Source of the DNA: Bugula neritina
Taxonomy: Eukaryota; Animalia; Bryozoa
Direction: 5' to 3'
DNA: 64,000 nucleotides
Assembly: GCA_964035545.1 (NCBI GenBank)
Contig: OZ037765.1
Span: 16,616,995 to 16,680,994 of the forward strand
Each line of letters begins with the position of its first letter. The first letter of the stretch is position 1. Below the pieces are notes generated by a model that had not been told where the DNA came from, did not search any database, and saw only the letters and a list, made by a program, of their open reading frames with translations. Below, in pieces: positions 1 through 12,900 of the stretch. Position numbers and translations under genes: made by a program.

Positions 1-464
1 TTTTGCACCCATGCAATAAGGTTTTATAAGGACTTTGTACATCAAATTTGCCTTTCAACATCAAATTTAAAATAACTATATTGCAACGAATGTTATTTTA
101 CTATTGCCATAACAACTCTTGTTTTAATTCCAATTTCTTTCATAGTCAAGTATAGTCATATTGGTAATATAAAGCTAAGAGCAGATGACTTATTTGAAAC
201 TGCCCCAATAATGATATGCATTCTTTTTATCTTATTTTGCGTTTTCTTGGTTAATTTACATTTTACAATATTACACAGTATTGAATTTACTTTTTAATCA
301 TTAGGGCCAATCTTGTAATGTAATAGCAGAAAAAATCAAATAATGTTCAATTATAGTTTTTCTTCTTCAATTGGTTTAATATTTATGGAGAACATGTTTC
401 AATTTATTACCAACTAGTTGTGTGCTATTTATTTTGAGTTGTTAATTTATAATTTTACAGATTT

Positions 465-3400
465 ATGGCTAGTTTAGTATGGAAGCGAGTTGCACAGTTG
501 CTGTCTGTTATGATTTGCACACTAGTCTACAATGAGTTTCTGGTTTATTACATTGTCTTGTCAAATTGCCGCTGGCCTCATGGACCGTCACAAACTGAAT
601 CTACTCGTGCTATGCTGATTTCAGATCCCCACTTGCTTGGTCCTACTGGTCATTGGTGGGACCGGTTAAGAAGGTATTGTGTTTTACCAGGTTATTATAA
701 TAATGCTGAACTTGCCCGCGGTCATTGTTCCTTTACAGTTCCTGAAACATGTTAAATTTATTTTTGTTTTATAACGTTTTTATTTCATCATTCCCAATTT
801 TGTTGCTGTCACCTATATGGGCATTACAAGCGTATCCCATGATAGGAAAATATTGAAGTAATTAGCTAAAATAGACAGAAAGGCTGCTATATCCAAAATG
901 TGATATATTTATTATTTTGCAGAGAGTGGCAGATGCAAAGAGCTTTTCAAACTAGTTTATATCTTCTAAAACCTGAAATAGTGTTCATTCTAGGTTAGTT
1001 AGTCACTCTAGATAGTAATTGTCAGATAGTTTAGAAAGTTATTTTTTGGAATAGACCATCAAGAATGTATGAATGAAGTATATTAGAACATTGTAGATGC
1101 TATCTGTATACAGCAGACATGAACAAATGTATAGCTTTTATTCTTGTCACCTGATGTAAACCTATGACTATGCAATGTAAACTAAAATTGTAAGGAAACG
1201 ATAGTTCTAACATCAATGATGATACAAGAATCAACTATGAATTTCCATTTGTTGAATGTATCTGCTTCGCTGGGCCTAGATATAGAACATACATCTTAAA
1301 GTTTGCATTATCATTGTGAATTGTTATTTCTAAAATTATAATTTGCAATTTTATGATTGCCCAATATTAATTTTATATGATGTAAGCTCATTTTATTTTT
1401 TAAAAACTTTTAGGCGATCTCTTTGACGATGGAAAATGGAGTAGTGATGCGGCTTTTCAGCAGGATGTTGTCCGGTTCCATAAGATATTTGGCCATTTGG
1501 ATTCTGTTGATTTAATTTCAGTAATGGGAAATCACGACGTGGGATTTCATTACATGTAAGTTAGATAAAAGTTGTTGGAGAATATGCTAGCAGCTAGATG
1601 CTGTAGTAAGGTAGTGATATCTGTCTGCATATCAATGAGAAGGCTTTTGTACTATACAAACAGTAAATACTTACCAATCTCCTTGTTAACTATTGTGTGC
1701 TGGAAGATATAAGTTTAAAGTTATGAATTAGAAATATGAAAATATTGTTTCACTGGTTTTCTTACAGTCTGCTAAGAAAATAAACAGCTGAGATGGAATG
1801 ATGTGCTGTGTGTTGTAGGATCAACTCACATAAGTTAGAAAGATTTGTGAAGGCTGTCAACTCTTCTGATTCTGTTCAGCATATCAGGCACAAGAATTTG
1901 TCCTTTATTACAGTGAACAGTATGGCATTCGAAGGTGACAATTGTGATATGTGTAGAAAAGCTGAAGAAAAGCTTGAAGGAATATCCAGGCAACTTCAGT
2001 GCGCTGAGGTAAATACTGTTGATAATAAAGGATGTTGGTGTTGAAGCTAAGTTTCCATTGGATAAAGGCAGTTAGAGGTCTCATTATAAATTAATAAAAT
2101 ACCCCATTATGTGTTACATCAACTTGTATATATTTGTGGTTTTCTGTAACAGTTTCCAAGAAAATAAATAGATGCACCTGTTTCAATAAAGATCATGACA
2201 TCATTTGAGTTTCTCTCTTTAGAATTTAGCCAAACCTCTAAGTAGCTTGATGATGATCGCAGTGGTAAGGTTGGAGGAAAAGCCTACAATCTTCGCTCTT
2301 TTTTCAAAAAAAGTCCCCAGTGAGCTTATAACCCTAAGTGTCGGGTCTGTAAGAATCAGGAGATTAAGATCCTGCAAGCAGTTTTTAGATGTGGAGTTTT
2401 TAGACCTCTCTGCTTCTTCAAGAAGTAGCTGATGTGCTGGGCATGATGGGGGCTCTCTGTTTAGTGTTGGTGGAAACTATAAATAAATTATACTATAATA
2501 AACCACTGTCATAACATTCACACTTATATATATTATGTTGTGTTGTAGAGCAGATGGGAAGGCTTGGAAAGTTGTGACTTATATTCTGATAAGTTTCTCT
2601 ACTCACCTCCTATACTACTTCAGGTAGGCCATATTTACAATCAATAGGCGAACTCTTTGTTAGTACATATTTACAAAAAGAGGCTTTTTGTATATTTGTC
2701 ACATTCTAATAATTTCTGTCTGAAAAGTTTCTCATCATGCCTATTTTCCCGTAGATGTTCATTTTTTTCAACAATTTTAAGAAATTTTCGAGTAAATTTG
2801 ACTACTGCATTATTCGGATATATATGCTATAGCCAATTGAAATATAACATGGTTAATTAATATAGGTTCTATAAAGAAACAGCTACTTAATTAAGTTCTT
2901 AAAATACTCGTAATTTATTATTCTATTAGTGCAATCATCCCATAATCTAATTAAAAAGAAAACTATAGCATAATGAGTTATATCTGCGAATTGTTGTATT
3001 GGTATGTAATTATAGATTATAGAAGTAAAGAACTGTTTTTTTTAATTCGATTAATTGGTACAGTTTTATTCTTATGGCAAAGTTTAGAGATGTGCTCAGA
3101 TGTTCAGTCTAGAATATCTGCAAATGTTGCAAGTTATGCTATTGGGGAAAAATTATAATTTTATTTGAACATAATGAAGCACCCTTAAATTGGAGATCTC
3201 ACAACATTCGTAAAACCAAGTCTACTAAATTATTGCATTTAAAAATTTGGAATTTCACACTCATGAGATTAAACTTTTTATGGTGCATTCTATTCTTTGT
3301 TTTGAATTTCATTTTGACCAGTTTAACTGGTGATTGCTCAAATACTGTATAAAGCTGTCCGTGACATCTAAAGTTTTGTAAAACCTCATCAGTAGCATGT

Positions 3401-4911
3401 AAATGAGTTCTTCTGATGTGGAGTATTTGGTGTTTCACATGTTAGTCCATTGGGTTGTAGCATTTCCCAATGTACAGAGAGTCTGATAGTATGTGTGAGG
3501 GCCCTGATTCAACTCCTGAAGAGTACAAGTATGATAAATTTAGAGTGAAAATGGACTGTTTGTCACCAGAGGCTTCTGAAAAGGTATTAGTATGTTAAAT
3601 ATAAATTATAGGGAACACCTGAAAGTCTACTACATAATTATACACCATTCATCAGCTACTAATCTATGCTATGGGCAATAGCGGTATTTTGCTGCAACTG
3701 TGTAAACCTTTATTGTTGTTACAATAAGTAAGTCAGCAAATTGTTATCTATGAGCTCAAGAATTTAATTCTTTTATATGTTTTATTTATTATGTAATTAT
3801 TTTGTTACTAGAAGATTTGTCTTGTATGGAGCTTTCGAAAATGAGAGATTTTTCTCAGCTCCTATGTAGTAAAGTATAATAATTCTCTAATATCTCGTGT
3901 ACAAGACGGCCGTGTTTCATTGTACTGTACCACCACAAAGGTTGCACAAGTTTAAAAATCAGACTTTTAGTTGTTAAGGGGTAGACAACTACTATCCTTT
4001 TATCATTTATGTAACACTAATTTCTTTTATTATATTAGCTGAAGATGAAAATAAAGCCAAGGTTGATCATTAGTGGACACACTCACTATTTTTGTCTGCG
4101 AAAGCATAGAAATAACATAGAGGAGTGGAGCATACCATCTTTCAGCTGGAGAAATATCAAAAGCCCTAGCTTTCTCTTGGTACAGTTATATAATTTGTTC
4201 TACAGTTGTTGTAATGTCATAGTGAATTCTATTGCAATAAAATTACTGGCTGTAAAGTTCTCAAACCAGCTATTTTTCAAGTAGTGATTTCCCACATGTA
4301 TGAGTTACTATTACTATGTGGCCCTAAGAAAGAATTATTGGCTAAAGTGTTTGTTGTTAATTGTTCTAGCTAAGTTTTAGGATAAAATCTATTTCCTTTT
4401 GATGAGGAAATGGTATTTAACTTTGTGAAATCACCTAAATCAATATAATTATTTGATTCATGCATTTAAAATTACTGTGTTGGCAGGAAGTAAAATTGCA
4501 AAATAGTTTATATTTAAATTGCTAGTTGTATTAATGCCACTTTTGTTCTGCACGCTTATCTGTTCAATTGCTGGGAATTGTTAGAAAATTGCTGGGAGTT
4601 TGGAGAGATTTGAAGTTTCCATAAGTCTCAATCAATACAACACTCATAGAGAGAATATTTATTATTGAGCTTGAGCACATAAGTATATTATTTTTAATTT
4701 AAATATGTTTGTGGCTTTCATTAATGTTGCATATATTGTTTTACAGGCCAGTATGACACCAGATGACTATGAAATTAACCGATGCTTCATGCCAAATGAG
4801 AACACAGTATACTTGGTATACTTCCTCGTTATTACTCTTGTAGTTTTATATCTAATATACTTAATTTTTGCATGGTGGCGCAATATTCAGCACCACAGTA
4901 AAGTGAAGTAA
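465..4911 (+). CDS. MPPE1: Metallophosphoesterase 1 (PGAP5-like, GPI-anchor remodelling), 8 coding exons, ~371 aa
   Basis: Exons 465-673, 923-993, 1414-1555, 1819-2008, 2549-2623, 3461-3583, 4039-4179, 4747-4911 are all GT-AG and phase-consistent (1116 nt). Calcineurin-like motifs [32 protein letters not shown]; MPPE1-typical [14 protein letters not shown] and PSFSWRN; N- and C-terminal TM segments. Confidence 0.95.
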
Positions 4912-7189
4912 AGTGGCTCACAATTCATGTCTTATAAATGATTACTGTAATAGAGTATAAATTAATAATCTGAATGTTCTAACTTTGTAAATAAAAAATA
5001 TATAGCTGTATACTTAATGGCTTAATATAAGTTAATACTGCAGCCTTTTGCTTATAATTTTGCTGTGGGGTAAATATAAATAAAGATGTTGTCATTTATT
5101 TGCCAAATTAATAAAACATATATTACAAAATCTTGGCAAATAAAGGCATAATAAATAGCTTCAAAGTTACTTGTGTGCATTATAAGTGTCAAAGTTAAAA
5201 CATGTTCCCTACTGTGCTCGGTAAGCAAGACTAAAAGTAATAGGGCTTAGATCCAAATTACAAAACATTTTATCAGCCATACTCTTCATTCTGCATGCTC
5301 ATTCGCTTTATCACAACATGCCTCAGAAGAATATACATAGTTTGCTATCCATAAGCACCTGCGCTGGTTGATATGCGATTTAATCTTAAATTCATCTTCA
5401 CAACGAAACTTTAAACCTCAGCATTCAACTATAGTACTCAACTGTAATAATCTATAATTTTCTTCAATACAAATTACCAATCAATTTTGAGTATAGTTCA
5501 ACTATAAAACATGCAATAATTCACAATATCTTACAAGTTGTTATGTTAGTTTATGGAGAGCTTGATCTAAAAATTTGTCTATAAAACCCAATATTTTAAT
5601 AAAAGCTACGTAGTCACATTGTCTAATTCAAGTAGGAAGCTCTATTGCATGGCAGTTGCTTGCTTTTAGTGATCATTTGATTAATTTAGCAGCTTTTTAG
5701 GTGATGCTTTCAATTATAGGTAAAGAAATGCAGGTTTGAAAGTAACTTTCACTACTAAAAGATTGCTACCACCTAAGACTTCTCTATTACACTAGGAAAG
5801 TGAAATCTACCTAATACCTATAAGAAAATATAATTATAAAGAAAATAACCTCCACAGTCTGGGTTGCTTAGAAACAATATGTGTAAATCATGATCTACTT
5901 ACTGTCTTACAGTGCAACAAGGTTTTGGGCTGACAACTTGAAATAATAAAATATTAAAATTTTGATAATGCTGCAACCTTTTTCAATTTATATAGATAGG
6001 CAACAAAATAATTATTTTTAACAGATTAACTCTTAATACAATATTCTTGCTACCCATCTTTCTGGTTCTGTTTGAAAGAAATCAATGAAAATTATGAATG
6101 TTTTGTGGTTAGTCTTTTAACTAGTGTAGGTTGATGCTGTATCTATAAATAATTTAGTTTTCTTAGTTTAAAACACTAACATGATCACTGATCAAATTTA
6201 ATCTGGTAGAATTAACATGTTTTCAATTTTTTAAGAAGCACAATAGGTGAGGGTGGGGGAAGCATGAGCTAACATCCTTTGAGCATGCATTTCAAATCAA
6301 TCGGGCATAGTTTTGAAGTTTACAAAGGCCTAACAAAGTTTAGAACATTGAAAGTTATTTTGATCCATAGCTTGCACAATTTGAAAAATATCTTTATGTT
6401 GCACTCAAAAATCAATTGCATTCACTTGAAAATGAGGAAGGGTATATGTTATATGCATTTGCTGCAATCCTAGATTTGTCTATTAAATAAAAGAGTATGG
6501 ATTTGTATTTAATTATCTATATATCATGGCTATTTAGGTCTAGGCGTGAGGTATGCTTATATTGTAATGTGAAGTATTTTAGCTAATTCCACATTGTAAA
6601 ACTGAATGTAAATGCACTTAGCAGCTTGCCTGTAGGCTTTGGTGAATCTCCAACTTAATATATGATATGTTGGGATAAGTGAGAAGTAAATTTTATAATA
6701 AGTAATTTAACTATGAGACTTCAACAATTAAACGCAGTTGAAAACTTGAAATTTGCTACTAAATTTAGCTCTAGCTTGCAAAATTCTGCTTTGAACGTGC
6801 TTTTACTTCAAAAAGACTATAGAGTATAGGCTAACTGCATGTAGGTTTGATCTACTTAGGATAGTTTGACAACATAGCAAAAAGTATATCATGTTGGAGT
6901 TATCGTTTCATATAGTATCTCAATCCTGTAATTCAGAATTGTCTTCCGTTTAGTTGAACCAACAATCATGAAATTACAGTATTAGGAATTTGCACCCTTC
7001 CATTAGTACAAAAGCAAACTAGTAAGTAAATATTTTTAATTTTTAATTGCTTGCAGAACTTTTTTAAATCGGTTTTATTAACGTAACCCATTTAGATCTA
7101 GGTGGCTTCATTCTAATTATTTAAATGGCTAATTAAGATGCCAACGATTGGACGAATAAATGCACAATTACGCTTATTTAAAAGGCTAG

Positions 7190-7630
7190 TTCGCGTACTA
7201 ACATGACAAATCAGTCACGTACGCATAGCGTGCTGCAAGATTTCAGCAGCAGTACAAGTATAAAAATTAAGTATTGGCTATTAACAACGTATTACTAAGT
7301 CTATGCGAGTGGCGCCAGTGGCGGTTATTAACTGTGCCAGACACAACAACAAAAATTTTAAAGAAAAGTTCGACAACCTGCTCTTGCAGTTCAGCATCAA
7401 GAAGCAATATACACTCACAATGAAATTGAATTGAACGAGTAATCGAATCATACTCATAGTCAATGTCATAGTGATACCAACAGTCGCACTCACTGTCAAG
7501 GCTCAGAATCAGTGAGTCGCTTTGATTTTCAGCTTCAGTTTTTAAAACATTAAAGCACACGGTGGACGCGTGAATATAAGGTGTAAAACTAAAAAAAAAG
7601 TTAAATTAAAATTAAAAGAAAGATAAAAGT
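7190..7630 (+). promoter_or_regulatory. Putative promoter / non-coding first exon of TCAIM
   Basis: Locally CpG-rich stretch in otherwise CpG-poor DNA, ending at a consensus donor (AAAA|GTGAGT at 7629). The first coding exon of TCAIM has an acceptor at 9893 upstream of its ATG, which implies an upstream UTR exon. Inference only. Confidence 0.4.
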
Positions 7631-9976
7631 GAGTGGAAACGGTTTTAATTGTAACTTTTACGCTTTAGTTTTCAGTAAGTTCTACTCCTACTGAGTTCTA
7701 GGGCGTACTTCAACTTGACTCTGTGTGCTTAGCAACTAACTACACTAATATAATTATTTAATTACTATTACTTAGCGATCATTTAAGTCAATGTTTCAAC
7801 CCATAATCATACTGATAGTTGATAATCATAGGTATCATTATCAATATGAATATGACCATTCAATCTCCATCTTTGGCATAATGGTAATCGTAATGTTGTA
7901 ATACTAATGCACTAATAAATATTTGCATAGTACATAAAAACAGCATTCAGGAGATCTTGATTTAGTTTATAATTGTTTTCAAGTGCTTAAATTATAAATA
8001 TAATGGCCTGAATTAGTATGCAACTGTTTATTTATTATGCAATAGTAAGTGCTACCAATTATATTTTCACAGAAGTGTTTCATAAGTGATTACAATATTA
8101 TGAGAGTGCTTAAGTTATTTAAACATTTAATTTTGTATTGGGTTGCATAAAATATTATCTTTGCCCCAGTCCCTGACCTCAGATCTGAAGAGCATCTAAT
8201 GTATTTCACAGTGCATGTTTAACGGTGTGTGACTGTTTGCTTTTATAGACTCAGAGACTGTTTAGGAGCTAGTAATTGTTTAGTACTCTAGATTTCAAGG
8301 GTGCACTCTGATTACTAATAATAACATGAGAAGAAGAGTATGACTATTTATATATGAAATTAAATCATCCAGCATACCACCAACACTGTAAACACCTTGT
8401 GTACTCAAAATGATGTATCTCGCTGGAGACTATTGGAGTTGTGTTTCTAGCTAGCATCTGAACATAAAAAGAAAAACCTCAACAATGCTAACACTAATAG
8501 CAAATAAGCCTTCAAAAAATAACGTAGCAGAAGCACTTGAATTATAGTTATTAAAACATTTTAATACAACAACTACATTACAAATACATTACATACATGT
8601 GTAAATATGAGCTGGTGGCTTTTGTCTGTTGGTTATTTGGCAAGATATGTAGTTAAACAGACTAATGACTGTCAGTACAATAAAGGACAATTAGAATTAA
8701 TATCTTAATTGCCTTTGTAGCGTTGCTCAATGAATGACAAAGACCTTCTATATTGCTGTCAAATTGCTTTTTCTAAGATACATTGTAAAGAAGTTTGTAT
8801 AAGGTTGATTAAAATACTAATATGTGCTTTAGTACTTTATTATTATTAAGGTTTTTCTTTTTGCTGTGGAACATTAGCCTTTAACCTGCTAATTACAAAC
8901 ACAATTTCAATAGTTGCTAGTATTCAGGCGTTTCAGCCCAGTAAAGTGATAATTATCGAAGATGTACATTAAGATGTACATTAGTAAAATCTGTAAAAGC
9001 AAAGTGTTCACAGCCATTTTATTGGTAGAGGCTTTTTGTGATTTGAGTTCAAAGTGTCTGTAAAGTCAGAGATTAGGTTCAGAAATAAGAATTTATGCAA
9101 GCAACTATAAAAAAAATGAAAATACAAACATTCATAAACAAAACCATAACAATGGAATTGGAGTTGCTGATAAATATTTGCTTGTCATGTACAGAGCTGA
9201 CCTTTACAATATTTTTCTTTTGCCAAAACATAAGGTTTTACTTTAAACTATGATTAATTACTCACCTATAAAGCTAAATGACTTGGCAAGGGCAACACTT
9301 TGACTCACGTTAGGACTTTAAAGTCTAAAAGGTAATCTGACTACCTAAATCAGCTGCTGAGCCATTCAAAGAAATGATGGAGTCAACAACTCATCTATTT
9401 AGTTTAGTATTTTTGATTGATATTTGTAGACATTTGAATTGCTTAAATTTTTAATTGCTGAGAAAGAAGAAATAGGTATTTTTAACTGTGTCAGGTTTTT
9501 TAACTTTGTAATAAATTTATTCTACCAAAACTGGGAAGAAGACTTGCTGTACCTTTCCAAGTTGCTAGGGATTTTTCGATTTTCAATATTGGGAGTTACT
9601 TGAAAACCATGGGAACTCGCTCTGATTTTTGCATTTGCTTACTATTACACTTGCACTCTCCCTATTCCCCACTCGCCTCTCAGTAACAGTACCTAATTTA
9701 GACAATGTATTAAAGCCATGAGTCTATAGCTATTGTGAGCAAGCAATAATAATGTCGTAAGCTGTTGACTTGCTCTAAGCAATGTGTCTCGAAAAATAAC
9801 TTATTTGTTGAACTTTCTTGGATTTAAATTTAAATTGTATAGGTAAACACATCTACTCATAAATAGTTACAGTTTCAATTTATCTTGTTTCAGTTACAAG
9901 ACATTTCTAGAATTGGCCTGTGCAATATCATAGACACTGCTCACTTTTGTACACAGTCAAAAGTGGCAGAACTCTA

Positions 9977-12900
9977 ATGGGCAAATGGCAAACACTGTTT
10001 GCTGTTGGGGCCAGAATTGGTAGAAAGACTTTTCAAAGGTTAGTAATTTTCTAAACATAATGCATGGCTAATATCTTATAAAGAATCGTTTTCAGATTTT
10101 AAATTAAGTAGTTTTCACTTTTTCTTTATATTGGAGTTTAACATCTATTTGGCATAAAACTAATATTACTGTTATTTTTGGTTTGGCTTCAGAAATAATT
10201 TTTTTCATGCTGATATAAATAATATTTTTTCCTATTCTGTAATGCTATGCTATGAGTATTAAAATCACAAAATGTCAGAGATGTTTATGTAGTGACCACT
10301 TTTACAGGTTAATGTAGGTGGAATGTTGGGGGAAATGTGTGCTTCAGTTTCTTCAGACAGATTTTTCATTAGTCAGCGCAAATGTATTGCATTTTTAGCC
10401 ACTATTACCTTTGGTCTTTAAAGAATCTCTGACTTGTTACATTTATGTAGTGTTAAATTATTCACAAGCATATTGTCTTAGGACAGGGCTGTCCAACAGG
10501 CAGCCCCAGGGCCGGATGCATGTGGCCCCCCAGCCAACATTTATGTGGCCCTCAAAGGCATAAAAGTGATAAAACTAAAATTATTTGTCACAGTATACAT
10601 GAATTAGAGTGAGAAACCGCTTTTTAAATGTCTTATTTATACATATGTTACAAAACCTGCAGCCTGCATTAACTATTGTGTAATGATTCATAAGAATTTA
10701 AATAAAATAATTTAAAACATGCTGACACTGTGGCCATAGAACAAGCTAAAGTTTACAATGTTGCCCTCACCACGAAATATTCCCTTTCAGTGGCCCCTGA
10801 TCTGGAAAGGTTGGACACCCCTGTCTTAGGATACATTTTCCACATGCATGTCTTGAATTAATTCAGAATAATGGCTCACTTGCTGATGATGACATCATAG
10901 AACTGATACTAATTATTGCAAGTGAGCCATCACTTCAAATTAGTTCAACACAAAAATTTATTATAAAACCAATATGCTTTGGAATATTACCTTGAATGCG
11001 AGATATATGTGAATAATTTAATACTGCATAAATGTAACATGTGGTCGATTCTGGTAGCTTGCTTATATAACACTACATAAACCACAAGAAGTGTAAAACA
11101 AGGTTACAACAGAAATTTGTAAGCTTTCTGTAGCTTCTTTGCTAGTCTTTTTTCCTTATGCACCAAGTCTTATTTTTATTTAGAAGCCTTTCCCAGATCC
11201 CTGTTGAGCCATCAGCCGTCAACTTGCAAGCCATACTCCGCCCATTTATATTCAGCGTTCATCCAGATCTCTTTTACCAGCACCCAGGTCCCAAGGTGTG
11301 TCTCTTATGTTGCATGCTTTGGCTTGAATACTTCCCAAGTTAGAAAGTGTTTACCAGTAACTAGTAGTAGTATAATAGTAACTAGACTTTCTGGCAAATA
11401 TGTGCACATCTCTTAATTTTAGGACATGCATTTCTTTTAAAGTTTGAGGCCGTGCTACAGTGGTTATAGGATATGTTAGTAACTTTGTTTAACAATTAAC
11501 AGAGAAATAGTTTATATAAATTATTGTTGCACCTGGAAGTTTAATAATAAGCTAGGAAATGTTCTAGAAATTTATTGACTCACTAAATAAATATCAAGTT
11601 AAAACTGGATACAGCTGGTTTTTAGCCAATGCTTGTTATTTGTTGCAATAATGTGGTGTACATGTTCTAGTAATAATGTTTTATGTTGAAGGCTGTCCTG
11701 TTATATTATATAGCAAGTTCAATATTGACTAAACACTGATTCATTACTATGTACAAACACAATGTAATATGAATCATAACTTACATTGCAGAAGGTGAAT
11801 GAAGCTTCACTGAAAACATTAAATGAATATATACAGAGCTCAGATGTCTCTGGAGGCAGGACCTCTGGAGGTCAACACATTCAGTTCTATCAGCGCCATT
11901 ATCAACCAGACAGCATCTCTGGTCTTAAAAAAGGTATGGCATTGTCATACGTGCATATCTTTATACCTTAAACTGCATATTGATCTTTATGTAATGTAAT
12001 GTAAGTTTTACATACGTAGTTAAAATACCTGCATTCTTTTGGAACAAAAAACTATTGTGAAACATCCCCTCTTCTGAACAGCATAAAATAAAAACTCAAC
12101 ACTGCACATTAGTTATAGGCAGGCTTGTGTTGTTGTCAGCTGCAGCCTTCAATATCCAGCAGCTTGTGTGTTCACCTCTCATATGACTTTTAACCAAAGA
12201 ACTTTATAGCCCAGGATAATTTATACACCCATATCTGAGTATTGTAAGAGTTTCAGTGTGACTGCTTAGTCCTATTCATCTAACAAGTCTTGACTCAGAA
12301 AAAATATTTGTTCAGGGATCTATGGTATAAAAATATATGTTTTGCTATTTTAAATAGATCATGTGCACAAAAGCATATGCACTAATTTTATAAATTGGAT
12401 TGTTCTAATGTAGTGATAGAGTTGTGATTTGGGATTTTCGCATGTCTAGACAAACTCATTCACATAGAATTTTAAGATATTTTAGTTTGGTACAATAGTA
12501 AGTATACAAATAAATTGGGACTAATTATATTTAGTATACTGCTGTACTCTGTAAAGAATATATATAAATAGTACCCCACTAATAGCTTGCTTGGCAAGAT
12601 AACAGTTGTTCAAGGTTTTTAGTTGAAAATTCAATCTATTTTTTTCTACATTTAGAGGAGCTGAAGGTGGTGCAGGTGAAGTTAGAAGAGGATAGGTTGA
12701 AAACAGTGAGACGCTTGTTAAAAGTTAGTCAGCTGTCATTGGATGCTGTTGATAAGGTCATAGAGAGTCACAGGTCACAGTCCGAGGGTCAGATGTCTGA
12801 CAGGCCTATCAAGTGGATGCACTGCCAACCTTTCTCAGCTACAGACAAAATCTTCTCACACAGTGTGTGGGAGGAAGTCAAACATATGAAGCCAGACATC

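Noticed and set aside
7267-7560. Minus-strand 97-aa and 72-aa ORFs upstream of TCAIM
   Set aside because: No recognisable domain; partly produced by the triplet-periodic low-complexity DNA.
10884-10910. SECIS-like ATGA...TGA within the intronic hairpin
   Set aside because: Intronic location, spacing too short for a SECIS helix II, and no UGA-containing selenoprotein CDS nearby.
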